NCBI GenBank assembly: GCA_038065095.1
Contig: JBBTRR010000006.1
Location: 20,713-84,712 of the forward strand
Reading direction: 5' to 3'
Source: Patescibacteria group bacterium
Lineage (GTDB): Bacteria > Patescibacteriota > Minisyncoccia > JACQLN01
Length of the DNA stretch: 64,000 nt
Part shown: positions 19,093 to 28,910 of the stretch, piece by piece
Numbering within the stretch: the first letter of the stretch is position 1
Layout: each line of letters opens with the position of its first letter
Translations under genes and position numbers: made by a program
The notes under the pieces: generated by a model
What the model was told of the DNA's origin: nothing
The model's input: the letters and a program-made list of their open reading frames with translations, nothing else
Databases searched by the model: none

Positions 19093-20544
19093 ATGGAACG
19101 AATTTTGATATCTAAAACCCCTCAAAGTAAGGGGCAAAATGTTAGTGTTTCCGGCTGGGTTTGGGGCCGGCGCGATCATGGCAAATTAATCTTTATTGAC
19201 GTAAAAGACCGCACTGGTATTTTACAGTGCGTATTTTTGCCTAATAATAGAGAACTACATAAACTAGGTGATACCCTGCGCACAGGCTTTGTGGTGCAAT
19301 TAGAAGGTCAAGTTTCGGAACGCCCCAAGGGTATGGTAAACGCCGAAATAGCTACTGGGGAAGTTGAACTACAGGTCTCAAATCTTATTATATTAAACGA
19401 ATCAGAAACCCCACCTTTTGCTTTGGATACCGATGGTTTAGAAATAGGCGAGAACTTGCGAATGAAGTATCGCTATTTAGATTTGCGCCGAGATAGATTG
19501 CAAAAAAATATACGCACACGTCACCAAATATTGCAGTTTATTAGAAACTGGCTTACCGAAAAAGAATTTGTAGAAATAGAAACTCCTATTTTAACCAAAT
19601 CCACACCCGAAGGCGCACGTGATTATGTGGTACCTTCGCGTTTACAAAACGGCAAGTTTTACGCCTTGCCTCAAGCCCCTCAACAATACAAACAACTTTT
19701 AATGGTGGCTGGGTTCGAAAAATATTTTCAAATTGCTAGATGCTTTAGAGACGAAGATACTAGGGGAGACAGACAACCAGAATTTACACAGTTAGATATG
19801 GAAATGTCTTTTGTGGAGCGCGAAGATGTTATGACTTTAAACGAAGCCTTGCTTATTGCTTTAATAAAAAATCTATTTCCAGAAAAAAAGATCCAAGAAA
19901 CTCCATTTCCAAGAATAAGCTATGCCGAAGCTATGGAAAAATATAGTACCGATAAGCCAGATTTACGAAAAGACAAAGATGATAAAGATTTATTGGCTTT
20001 TTGTTGGGTTATAGATTTTCCATTTTTCGAGGAAGTTACAAAAGATAATTCTCATTTGTCAGATGAAGTGCTCGCACTTCGAAGCTCCGAAGGAGCGAAG
20101 AAGTGGACGTTTACACATAACCCATTTTCTAAACCAAAAGATGAGCATATGGAATGGTTAATGAACAAAGAAAATATTGGTGAAATTTTAACAACTCAAT
20201 ACGACATCGCCTTAAACGGTTTTGAAATTGGGGGTGGCAGTATTAGAAACCATAAACCAGAACCATTAAAAAAGGTTTTTGAAATAATGGGTTTTTCGGA
20301 AGAAAGAATCGCTTCAAATTTTGGTCATATACTTACAGCCTTAGGTTATGGCGCACCACCGCATGGTGGCATTGCTTGGGGTTTAGATAGAGTAATTACA
20401 ATATTAACGAATGAACTAAATATCCGCGAAGTCTTTTCTTTCCCTAAAACAGGCGATGGCCGAGATTTAATGATGGACGCCCCAGCCGAAATATCGGAAA
20501 AGCAATTAAAAGAACTTGGTATAAAAATAAAAAAGGACGATTAA
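19093..20544 (+). CDS. aspS: Aspartyl-tRNA synthetase, compact form (no GAD insertion), probably non-discriminating
   Basis: RRDHG, LPQAPQQYKQLLM, FRDED, EIGGGSIR, PPHGGIAWGLDR; His in RDHG and Gly in RPKG match the non-discriminating signature. Confidence 0.95.
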   Translation: MERILISKTPQSKGQNVSVSGWVWGRRDHGKLIFIDVKDRTGILQCVFLPNNRELHKLGDTLRTGFVVQLEGQVSERPKGMVNAEIATGEVELQVSNLIILNESETPPFALDTDGLEIGENLRMKYRYLDLRRDRLQKNIRTRHQILQFIRNWLTEKEFVEIETPILTKSTPEGARDYVVPSRLQNGKFYALPQAPQQYKQLLMVAGFEKYFQIARCFRDEDTRGDRQPEFTQLDMEMSFVEREDVMTLNEALLIALIKNLFPEKKIQETPFPRISYAEAMEKYSTDKPDLRKDKDDKDLLAFCWVIDFPFFEEVTKDNSHLSDEVLALRSSEGAKKWTFTHNPFSKPKDEHMEWLMNKENIGEILTTQYDIALNGFEIGGGSIRNHKPEPLKKVFEIMGFSEERIASNFGHILTALGYGAPPHGGIAWGLDRVITILTNELNIREVFSFPKTGDGRDLMMDAPAEISEKQLKELGIKIKKDD

Positions 20545-20667
20545 TTTTAAACAATGTTGTAAAATTTCTAATTACTAATATCTAATCAATTTCAAATGAT
20601 TAAATGACTAATGATAAATTCTTTTTTTGACATTGGGATTTAGACATTAGAAATTTCTGATTTGTAT

Positions 20668-21375
20668 ATGTACCAAATTAAACTAGCAAAATTTGAAGGC
20701 CCACTAGACTTATTACACCAACTTATAGAATCTAAAAAATTAGAAATAACCGAAATATCTTTGGCCGAAGTAGCAGATCAGTTTTTAGTTTATTTAAAAA
20801 GTTCCGCCAATTTAGCTATGGAGGATATGGCTAATTTTTTAAATATTGCAGGCCGTCTGGCTTTAATAAAATCGCGGGCGCTTTTGCCGCTTTTAAAACT
20901 AACCGAAGAAGAAGAAAAAGATATTGAAAGTCTAAAAAACCAGCTAGCCGAATATCAAAAATATAAAGAATTAGCTAAAGAAATTCATAAAATAGATTTA
21001 AAAGGGGAAAGATATTACAACCGCACTTATTTGGCCAACATTGAACCTATTTTTTATTTCCCTAAAAAACTAACCAGCGAGATTTTAGCTACATCTTTAA
21101 GTAATCTAATAAGTACAATAACTTTACCTCAAAGAATTCCTCAAGCTCAACTTATAGAAAAAGTTTCCCTAGAAGAAAAAATAGCGGATTTAGAAAAAAA
21201 TATTAGGGAAAAGCTAGAATTAAATTTTTCCCAAATTGTGAGTTCAGAAAATCCAGAAGCTAGATTAGTAATATTTCTTTCCATGCTAGAATTATTAAAA
21301 CGTTCAAAAATTTCGGCAGAACAAAATTCAAATTTTGAAGATATAAAATTGAGATGGTTAGAAGTTAATAGTTAG
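20668..21375 (+). CDS. scpA: Segregation and condensation protein A
   Basis: FEGPLDLL, IKSRALLP, FLSMLEL, Q...FEDI. Confidence 0.92.
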   Translation: MYQIKLAKFEGPLDLLHQLIESKKLEITEISLAEVADQFLVYLKSSANLAMEDMANFLNIAGRLALIKSRALLPLLKLTEEEEKDIESLKNQLAEYQKYKELAKEIHKIDLKGERYYNRTYLANIEPIFYFPKKLTSEILATSLSNLISTITLPQRIPQAQLIEKVSLEEKIADLEKNIREKLELNFSQIVSSENPEARLVIFLSMLELLKRSKISAEQNSNFEDIKLRWLEVNS

Positions 21376-21410
21376 TAGTTTTCATTTAACTAAAACTATA
21401 ACCAAAAACA

Positions 21411-22034
21411 ATGACTAATAACCAAAAACTACAAACTACAAACATGGATCCCGTTAGAAGCCACCCTGCCAAAGGCACGGCTACGACCACCTTGGGACGA
21501 TCTGCTTCTAACGGGATGGAACAGATTCTGGAAAGCTTGCTTTTTACTTATGGTGAATCTATAAGCTTAAAAAAACTAGCCGAAGTTACAAAAACATCGC
21601 CTAACAATATTCTTTTGGCTTTAGAAAATTTAAAAGCTAATTTAAAAAATAGGGGAATAAAACTTATAAATAAAGATAATTACTGGCAAATGGTTTCTAC
21701 TAAGGAATCATCAGAATTTATAGAAAAACTTGTCAAAAGCGAGATACAGGAAGAGTTAACTGCGGCTAGTTTAGAAGTCTTGGCTGTAGTAGCTTATCGT
21801 GGACCAGCCTCTAAAAGCGAAATAGAGATGCTACGTGGTGTAAATTCAGGCTATGCCTTACGCAATCTAACCCTTAGAGGGCTTATAAATAAAAACGAAG
21901 TTACAAAACCTCAAACTTATCAAATATCTTTGGGTGCTTTAAAAAAATTAGGTTTAAATACAGAGCATGAATTACCAAAATATAACGAACTAAAAACAGA
22001 ATTACTTAGAACAGAAAAATTGCTTCAAAACTAA
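21411..22034 (+). CDS. scpB: Segregation and condensation protein B (5' end carries a palindromic insert; start uncertain)
   Basis: LESLLF, LEVLAVVAYRGP, EIEMLRGVNS; ancestral start probably MEQILE at 21516. Confidence 0.9.
   Translation: MTNNQKLQTTNMDPVRSHPAKGTATTTLGRSASNGMEQILESLLFTYGESISLKKLAEVTKTSPNNILLALENLKANLKNRGIKLINKDNYWQMVSTKESSEFIEKLVKSEIQEELTAASLEVLAVVAYRGPASKSEIEMLRGVNSGYALRNLTLRGLINKNEVTKPQTYQISLGALKKLGLNTEHELPKYNELKTELLRTEKLLQN
21448..21517. repeat. CCCGTTAGA...TCTAACGGG inverted-repeat element at the scpB start
   Basis: 14-bp TIR atcccgttagaagc/gcttctaacgggat; ATGGA repeated 72 nt apart. Confidence 0.85.
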
Positions 22035-23032
22035 TGCGACAAATTTTAAACATTTTAATTAGTGCTTTTATTGTAATACCACTCTTGCTTTTGTCGTACC
22101 AAGTGGGTTCACCCAAGTATCTAGCCGCCAGTGCTTATTTTAATGAACCGGCTCTAAAAATAAATATAGAAAAAGATACCCCTTCACCAGTAAAAATTAA
22201 AATTATTCCGCAAAGAAATATTATTATTCCAGATATTGAAACTGATGCAACTTCTTTTTTAGCTTGGGATTTTAAAGAAGATTTTTATTATTATTCAAAA
22301 AATATAGATGACCCTCGCCCCATCGCCTCATTAACAAAACTAGTAACAATGGCTGTAGTTTTAGATTATACCGAACCACAAGAAACAGCTTCGGTTTCTG
22401 GAAATGCCATTAAAAATGATGGCGATAGCGGTAATCTTAAAGAAGGAGAAATTCTTACTGTAAAAGATTTAATGGCCGCCTCTCTTTTAGAATCTTCCAA
22501 TGATGCGGCCTATGCCTTAGCAGAATATGTTGGTTCTAAATTGCAAACAAACTCCGAAGCTAAAGTCACCCCTGTAAGAGAATTTGTAAGAATGATGAAC
22601 CAAAAATTTAACGACCTAAACTTGGTTCATTCAAATTTTACGGATCCCACTGGTTTAGAAGATATAAATTCTTTTAGTACGGCTAATGATTTATCAAAAT
22701 TTATAAAATACTTAAGAGAAAATCCTAAATATACTATTATTTGGGAAATCTTAAAACTGAAAAATTATCACACTAGGTCTTTAAATAACATTGCTATACA
22801 CGATTTTAAAACCACAAATCTATTTTTAAGTGAATATAGTAATGTGTTGGGTGGTAAAACAGGTTTTACAAATAGAGCTTTAGGAAATATGATTCTTGTT
22901 ACAACAAGTTTAAATAATACAGAAATTATATATATAGTACTAGGCTCTAACAATAGATTTGAACAAATTAGAAAAGTGATAAAATGGGTAGAAGAAGCTT
23001 GGACTTGGCCGGCAAATAACACAAACATTTAA
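22034..23032 (+). CDS. dacA: D-alanyl-D-alanine carboxypeptidase (S11)
   Basis: ASLTKL (SxxK), SSNDAA (SxN), GGKTG. Confidence 0.88.
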   Translation: MRQILNILISAFIVIPLLLLSYQVGSPKYLAASAYFNEPALKINIEKDTPSPVKIKIIPQRNIIIPDIETDATSFLAWDFKEDFYYYSKNIDDPRPIASLTKLVTMAVVLDYTEPQETASVSGNAIKNDGDSGNLKEGEILTVKDLMAASLLESSNDAAYALAEYVGSKLQTNSEAKVTPVREFVRMMNQKFNDLNLVHSNFTDPTGLEDINSFSTANDLSKFIKYLRENPKYTIIWEILKLKNYHTRSLNNIAIHDFKTTNLFLSEYSNVLGGKTGFTNRALGNMILVTTSLNNTEIIYIVLGSNNRFEQIRKVIKWVEEAWTWPANNTNI

Positions 23033-23034
23033 CT

Positions 23035-24081
23035 ATGCTAGATATTTCATTTCAAGTAGCAAAAATATTAACTTTAGCTTTTGGAGCTTTTGCTTTGGCT
23101 ATGATTTTAACTCCGTGGTGGACAAATATTCTTTATAAATATCGCCTAGGCAAACAAATAAGAACCGAGGGCGCGCCAATTTTTACCTCTATGCATAAAG
23201 ATAAAGAGGGTACACCCACAATGGGTGGTGTAATTATTTGGCTAACAACACTTATTTTAATTGCTGGATTGGCGATCTTAAAAGAATTAATGCCAAATAG
23301 TTTGGCCTCTGGTTTAAGTTTTTTATCTAGACCTCAAACATTATTACCCATAGGTATTATGATTTTTTCGGCCATAATAGGCTTAGGCGACGATATTTTA
23401 GGTGTATTTAAAATAGGTCCTAAGGGTGGTGGTTTAAAAATGCGTCATCGTTTACTTCTTTATACAGTAGTAGCCATAATAGGAGCGTTATGGTTTTATT
23501 TCAAACTAGACTGGACAACTGTTAAAGTTCCATTTTTAGGAAATTTTGATATAGGCTACTGGTTTATACCTTTTGCCACATTTATTATTGTAGCTACTTC
23601 TTTTTCTGTAAACGAATCCGATGGTTTAGATGGCTTAGCCGGAGGCTTGATGCTAACAGCTTTTGCCAGTTACGGCTTAATAGCTTTTTTTGAAAGTAAA
23701 TATGAATTAGCTGTTTTTTGTGCTGTGGTTGTAGGCGCTCTACTTTCTTTTCTTTGGTTTAATATACATCCAGCTAGATTTTTTATGGGTGACACCGGTG
23801 CGATGCCTCTTGGTATAACTTTAGCAGTTATTGCTTTGTTAACTAATTCAGCTTTGGTTTTACCCCTTATAGCTTTTGTGCCAATGATGGAATCAGTTTC
23901 AGTTATTGTGCAGGTTATTAGCAAAAAATTACGCCACGGTAAAAAAATCTTTCTTTCGGCTCCAATACATCATCATTTTCAAGCCAAAGGCTGGCCAGAA
24001 ACTAAGGTTACGGAAAGATTTTGGATTATTTCAGTTGTTATGGCTGCAATTGGAATAATCATACAATTGATAGGAAAATAA
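23035..24081 (+). CDS. mraY: Phospho-N-acetylmuramoyl-pentapeptide transferase
   Basis: KEGTPTMGG, DGLDGLA, FMGDTG, APIHHHF. Confidence 0.96.
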   Translation: MLDISFQVAKILTLAFGAFALAMILTPWWTNILYKYRLGKQIRTEGAPIFTSMHKDKEGTPTMGGVIIWLTTLILIAGLAILKELMPNSLASGLSFLSRPQTLLPIGIMIFSAIIGLGDDILGVFKIGPKGGGLKMRHRLLLYTVVAIIGALWFYFKLDWTTVKVPFLGNFDIGYWFIPFATFIIVATSFSVNESDGLDGLAGGLMLTAFASYGLIAFFESKYELAVFCAVVVGALLSFLWFNIHPARFFMGDTGAMPLGITLAVIALLTNSALVLPLIAFVPMMESVSVIVQVISKKLRHGKKIFLSAPIHHHFQAKGWPETKVTERFWIISVVMAAIGIIIQLIGK

Positions 24082-24110
24082 ATTATTTTAAATATGCTAA
24101 AATAATATCA

Positions 24111-25691
24111 ATGGCATTTGATATTCTCATTAAAAATGGATCTATTGTAGATGGAACTAGCCAACATCCTGCTTACAAAGCAGACATTGGTATTATTGGC
24201 GATAAGATTTTCGAAATAGGAAACCTTTCTAAAGCCAAGGCTAAAAAAGAAATAGATGCAGCAGGAATGGTTGTATCTCCGGGTTTTATAGATGTTCAAA
24301 ATCATTCCGATAGCTACGGCAGTATTTTAAATGACAATATTTTAGAAAGTATGGTTCGCCAAGGTATAACAACTATACTTATGGGGCAATGCGGATCTTC
24401 CCTAGCTCCACTTCTTAAAGGTTCTTTGGTATCTGTTCAGAAATGGGCCAGTACCGCTGGCATAAATATAAACTGGACAAGTATGGCAGAATTTTTAGAG
24501 ACTCTTTCAAAAAGAAAAACCAGCTTAAATGTTGCTTCACTTACCGGACACGCTACATTAAGAAGAGACTTTGTAGGAAACTCTGTTAGACCATTAACTC
24601 CTAAAGAAGAAATGCAAGTAAGCTCTCTATTAAAAAGATCTTTAACAGAAGGTTCTTATGGTTTATCTATTGGCTTGGCTTATAGTCACGAAAGATTGGC
24701 TACAGCAGAAGAACTTATAAAATTATTAAACACAACTAGATATTCTGGTGGAGTAGCTTCTTTCCATTTACGAAACGAAGGCGCCGAAATTTATGCTTCA
24801 TTAAACGAAGTTTTAGGTTTTTTGCATCATGCACCAATTAAAGCAAAAATAAGCCATTTAAAAATGCTGGGCGAGAAAAATATTATGGCCGCTGAAAAAC
24901 TTTTACGAATGATTGATGTCGCTAAAAGCAATGGAATTAATTTAAGTTTTGATGTTTACCCATATACAGCTTCGGCTATTATTCTTTATCTTTTGCTTCC
25001 CGAATGGGCTATTGTCGGCGGAAAAAATGAACTTATTAAAAAAATAAAAAATAGTGGCACGCACGAAAAAATTGTTCGTGATATTGAAAGCAAAAATTAT
25101 CCTTACGAAAAAATAACTATTGCCACCAGCGCCTTAGGACAGCTTTTTGTAGGAAAAAGTCTAGCTCAAATAGCCCGCGATCAAATTACTTCTGGTGCTG
25201 AAGCTATTTTAAACCTACTGCTAGCAGCCCGCGATCAAATTACTGTATTTTGGAACGATATAGATGAAACAGTTTTTGAAACCCTGTTAAAACACCCAGC
25301 TTCTATTATTGCCACTGATGGTTCTGGCTATAATAATGCAGTTAAAGAAAAGAATACTGTGCCTCACCCGCGCTCTTTTGGTACAACCGCCAAAATTTTA
25401 GAACGCTACGTAAAAGAAAAAAAGGTTTTAAGCTTAGAAGAAGCTGTGCATAAAATGTCGGCTAAACCAGCCGAATGGCTGGGTTTAAGAAATAGGGGAA
25501 TTATAAAAAAAGGTTTTTTTGCCGATATCGTAATTTTTGATCCTTTAAACATTAAAGATAATTCTACCTTTGAAAACCCTTTAAAATATCCATCAGGTAT
25601 TAAAAATGTCTTGGTTAATGGAAAAATTGTAGTAAATGAATCTGGATTTTCCGGAACCCTAGCTGGCCAAGTATTAAAAAAAGGATTTTAA
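24111..25691 (+). CDS. N-acyl-D-amino-acid deacylase (amidohydrolase family)
   Basis: PGFIDVQNHSD, QGITT..GQCG, DVYPYTAS, PHPRSFGT, ADIVIFDP. Confidence 0.85.
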   Translation: MAFDILIKNGSIVDGTSQHPAYKADIGIIGDKIFEIGNLSKAKAKKEIDAAGMVVSPGFIDVQNHSDSYGSILNDNILESMVRQGITTILMGQCGSSLAPLLKGSLVSVQKWASTAGININWTSMAEFLETLSKRKTSLNVASLTGHATLRRDFVGNSVRPLTPKEEMQVSSLLKRSLTEGSYGLSIGLAYSHERLATAEELIKLLNTTRYSGGVASFHLRNEGAEIYASLNEVLGFLHHAPIKAKISHLKMLGEKNIMAAEKLLRMIDVAKSNGINLSFDVYPYTASAIILYLLLPEWAIVGGKNELIKKIKNSGTHEKIVRDIESKNYPYEKITIATSALGQLFVGKSLAQIARDQITSGAEAILNLLLAARDQITVFWNDIDETVFETLLKHPASIIATDGSGYNNAVKEKNTVPHPRSFGTTAKILERYVKEKKVLSLEEAVHKMSAKPAEWLGLRNRGIIKKGFFADIVIFDPLNIKDNSTFENPLKYPSGIKNVLVNGKIVVNESGFSGTLAGQVLKKGF

Positions 25692-25692
25692 A

Positions 25693-26784
25693 ATGAAAAA
25701 CCATAGTAAAGCGGCAACAACATTTATAATGGCTACCGCTGTTTTGGTTTTGCTTGGTATAGCTGTAATGACCAACGCTTCTATACCTCTTGCTCAATCC
25801 AACCACGGCGAAAGTTTTTATTATTTTAAACATCAAATAACATATGGCTTAGGTTTAGGGCTTTTAGCCTTTTTTATTTTTTATAGAATAAATATAGCTC
25901 TGCTTAAAAAATTCGCGTTACCAGTTTTGATTTTTGCGATAGTTTTATTAAGTTTGGTTTTTGTGCCTAAGATAGGTTTTGAGGCTTTAGGAGCCAAACG
26001 TTGGATAAATATTTTTGGTTTTTCATTTCAACCTTCGGAATTTGCCAAATTAGCTTTGGTGATTTACTTAGCCCATTGGCTAGAATCTAAGAAAGATAAA
26101 ATTAAAAAACCCACGATGATATTTCCTTTTTTATTATGGACAGGAATTATTGGCGGATTAATAATTTTAGAACCAGATTTTGGAACATTCATAATAATCT
26201 GTGCCACAGCTTTTGCAATGTATTTTATGGCAGGTTCTGATTTAAAAACTATGGGTTTAGTTTTTTTAACTGGCATAGTTTTGCTTATTTCTTTAGTTGC
26301 TGTAGAACCATATCGTAGAGAACGCTTTACTTCGTTTCTTAATCCAGATCGTGATGCCGCAGGTTCCGGCTATCAATTAAAACAAGCTCTTATTGCTATA
26401 GGTTCGGGAGAATTTACCGGTTTAGGTTTAGGCAAAGGAATACAAAAATATAATTATTTACCAGAAACCATTGGCGATTCTGTTTTTGCTGTGGTTTCCG
26501 AAGAACTTGGTTTTATAGGATCAACTTTGGTTTTATTTATTTATTTAATTTGGGTGCTAAGTGGTTTAAAAATCGCTTCGCTTTCCAAAGATCTTTTTTC
26601 GCGATATTTAGTTATAGGTATAGTGGCTTGGATAGGCTTGCAAGCTTTTATAAACGCTCTGGGAATTTTAGGCATGATTCCTTTCACAGGTATTCCCTTA
26701 CCGTTTATAAGCTATGGTGGCACGGCCTTAATGATAGAACTAGCAAGTATTGGTATGGTGGCCAATATTGCTAAAAATAGATAG
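25693..26784 (+). CDS. ftsW: SEDS peptidoglycan polymerase FtsW
   Basis: GAKRWI, FQPSEFAK, EPDFGT, LPFISYGG. Confidence 0.93.
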   Translation: MKNHSKAATTFIMATAVLVLLGIAVMTNASIPLAQSNHGESFYYFKHQITYGLGLGLLAFFIFYRINIALLKKFALPVLIFAIVLLSLVFVPKIGFEALGAKRWINIFGFSFQPSEFAKLALVIYLAHWLESKKDKIKKPTMIFPFLLWTGIIGGLIILEPDFGTFIIICATAFAMYFMAGSDLKTMGLVFLTGIVLLISLVAVEPYRRERFTSFLNPDRDAAGSGYQLKQALIAIGSGEFTGLGLGKGIQKYNYLPETIGDSVFAVVSEELGFIGSTLVLFIYLIWVLSGLKIASLSKDLFSRYLVIGIVAWIGLQAFINALGILGMIPFTGIPLPFISYGGTALMIELASIGMVANIAKNR

Positions 26785-26805
26785 ACTTTCAGAAATCATA
26801 TCGTA

Positions 26806-26839
26806 GTGTCCCGAGCATACGATCGTATGCTCGGGACAC
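26806..26839. repeat. Perfect 34-bp palindrome centred on CGATCG
   Basis: gtgtcccgagcatacga|tcgtatgctcgggacac. Confidence 0.95.
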
Positions 26840-26847
26840 GTTTTAGT

Positions 26848-26955
26848 TTGACAAATATGTTTTAATATTTTAGACTCAAGCCAAGTTCCTTAATATGTCT
26901 CCGAGAGGAGACTCACATTCCCGAGAGGGAATAAACCTTCGAGAGGAGAAGTTTT
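26848..26955 (+). promoter_or_regulatory. Sigma70 promoter, boxA-like motif and triple GAGA-tetraloop leader
   Basis: TTGACA-17-TAGACT; GTTCCTTAA; gtctcc-gaga-ggagac, attccc-gaga-gggaat, cttc-gaga-ggag. Confidence 0.65.
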
Positions 26956-27714
26956 ATGGATATTTTCGTAAAACAAAGCGCTGAAATATTGTTAGGAAAA
27001 AAATTAAGTATGAATCTGTTAGATTCTCTTGTGGAATTACGAAAAGAAATAGATGAAATAGATTTTGAATATATATTGAATCGTTCCCAAAATGAAGAAT
27101 GGGAAGTAGCCGCAAAAATATCACAAGCCGTAGTGGTGCGTACATACGGAGGTGATGCTTGGTCTAAATTAATCCGAAAAGAAATTTTTACTAGTAAATT
27201 TGGGGCTACACCTTTTTTCTTGGCAGGATTAGTACTTGGTTCTTTTAGAGCCGCTATTTGGTTAGATGAAAATTGTCCAACCAGAACATCTTTCTCGGAT
27301 CGTTTTCCTAGAATTATTGAGGAGTTTATTATTTGCCAAACCGAAGTTACAAAAATTACCGGTGCAACTATTTCAAATCCTAAATATGCATCGGAACTTT
27401 CAACTTTAGTAAAAAAATGGGCGGGTGGTAATCCCGATAAGAGCGCACCTGCTTCTTGGTGTAGCCAAGGAATCAGGCTAGGCGAAATAGGAAATATTTT
27501 TGTTCACGTGCAAGCCACCATAGAAGATGCGATGTTCGGTAAACTATCGCCGATAGGACAAGAAGTGTTGAATCAGTTAAACTATGCGGCTTTTAGCCTA
27601 CTGTCTGTAGAAGGTAGGTCGGCAGCGATGGAATATATGTTAAGTGGATCACATACAAACAGGATTTCAGAAAGACTAGCAAAAAGAGCTAGAGGAGCTA
27701 CCCCAATGAGGTAA
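26956..27714 (+). CDS. Orphan hypothetical protein between ftsW and murG
   Basis: 252 aa; own promoter, SD and terminator (caggcaatcg/cggttgcctg plus T-tract). Confidence 0.65.
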   Translation: MDIFVKQSAEILLGKKLSMNLLDSLVELRKEIDEIDFEYILNRSQNEEWEVAAKISQAVVVRTYGGDAWSKLIRKEIFTSKFGATPFFLAGLVLGSFRAAIWLDENCPTRTSFSDRFPRIIEEFIICQTEVTKITGATISNPKYASELSTLVKKWAGGNPDKSAPASWCSQGIRLGEIGNIFVHVQATIEDAMFGKLSPIGQEVLNQLNYAAFSLLSVEGRSAAMEYMLSGSHTNRISERLAKRARGATPMR

Positions 27715-27782
27715 ATAACCACAGGCAATCGATAATCGGTTGCCTGCTTTTTAATTTAAAAAAATACTGCTAAAGTAGGTAT

Positions 27783-28910
27783 ATGAAAAACCTAAGGATA
27801 ATGCTGTGTGGCGGGGGAACAGGCGGGCATGTTTTGCCGTTGGTAGCCGTAGCTAGAGCCATTAAAAAACTTAATCCAACTGCCAAAATATACTTTGTTG
27901 GCCCAGAAGAATTCTCTTTAAATGCTTTACGCGAAGAAGGCGTAATAGTTAAAACCATAATCGCCGCGGGCAAAATAAGACGATATTTTTCGTTTAAAAA
28001 CTTTTGGGAAATAATAAAAATCCCTTTTGCCTTTATACAATCTTTAATAGTTGTGACATCCATAAACCCTAATGTGACTTTGGGCAAAGGCAGTTATGGC
28101 AGTGTGTTGCCCGTGCTAGCAGCCGATATTTTATTTAAAAAAACAATAATACATGAATCTGATGCTATACCCGGTTTAGCTAATAGATTTCTTTCTTATG
28201 TTACAGATAATGTGGCAATTTCTTTTGAAGAAGCCAGAAAATATTTTAATAACAAAAATGTATATTTAACCGGTAACCCTATACGAACAAATTTTATAAA
28301 CTTAAGTAAGGGGGAGGCGAGTAGTGTTTTAGATATTCAAACCGACAACCCTCCTTCGCATAAAGCTTCGGAAGGGCAAGGAAAAGTTATATTTATAAGT
28401 GGTGGGTCACAAGGTGCACAAAGAATTAATAATGCTGTATTAAAAGCTTTAGATTCGCTTTTAGAAAAATATTTTGTCATTTGGAGTGTAGGCAAAAATA
28501 ATTTTGATTCTATAAAACAAAAAATATCAAACAAAGATAATATAAAACTGTTTGATTTCTTAAACGAAAAAGAAATAGCTTCGGCTTACATACTATGCGA
28601 CCTTGCCGTGGGCCGCGCTGGCGCTGGCACAATTTTTGAACTAGCTGCTTTTGCTAAACCAAGTATCTTAATTCCACTGGAAAGAAAAGGTGGCGACCAG
28701 CCTGTAAATGCCTTCTCCTACACTAAAACAGGCGCTTCTTTTCTATTAAGAGAACGTGATTTAGATAACTTTAAAGAAACCCTAGAGAATATACTAAACG
28801 ACGACTCCAAACTAGATTCAATGCATGAAAATGCCGAAAAATTTGGTAAAATAGAAGCAGCCGATAGCTTAGCAAAAATATTATTAGATCTAGCAAAAAA
28901 TGAAAGTTAG
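27783..28910 (+). CDS. murG: Lipid II GlcNAc transferase
   Basis: GGGTGGH, HESDAIPGLANR, TGNPIR, GGSQGA, RAGAGT. Confidence 0.95.
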   Translation: MKNLRIMLCGGGTGGHVLPLVAVARAIKKLNPTAKIYFVGPEEFSLNALREEGVIVKTIIAAGKIRRYFSFKNFWEIIKIPFAFIQSLIVVTSINPNVTLGKGSYGSVLPVLAADILFKKTIIHESDAIPGLANRFLSYVTDNVAISFEEARKYFNNKNVYLTGNPIRTNFINLSKGEASSVLDIQTDNPPSHKASEGQGKVIFISGGSQGAQRINNAVLKALDSLLEKYFVIWSVGKNNFDSIKQKISNKDNIKLFDFLNEKEIASAYILCDLAVGRAGAGTIFELAAFAKPSILIPLERKGGDQPVNAFSYTKTGASFLLRERDLDNFKETLENILNDDSKLDSMHENAEKFGKIEAADSLAKILLDLAKNES

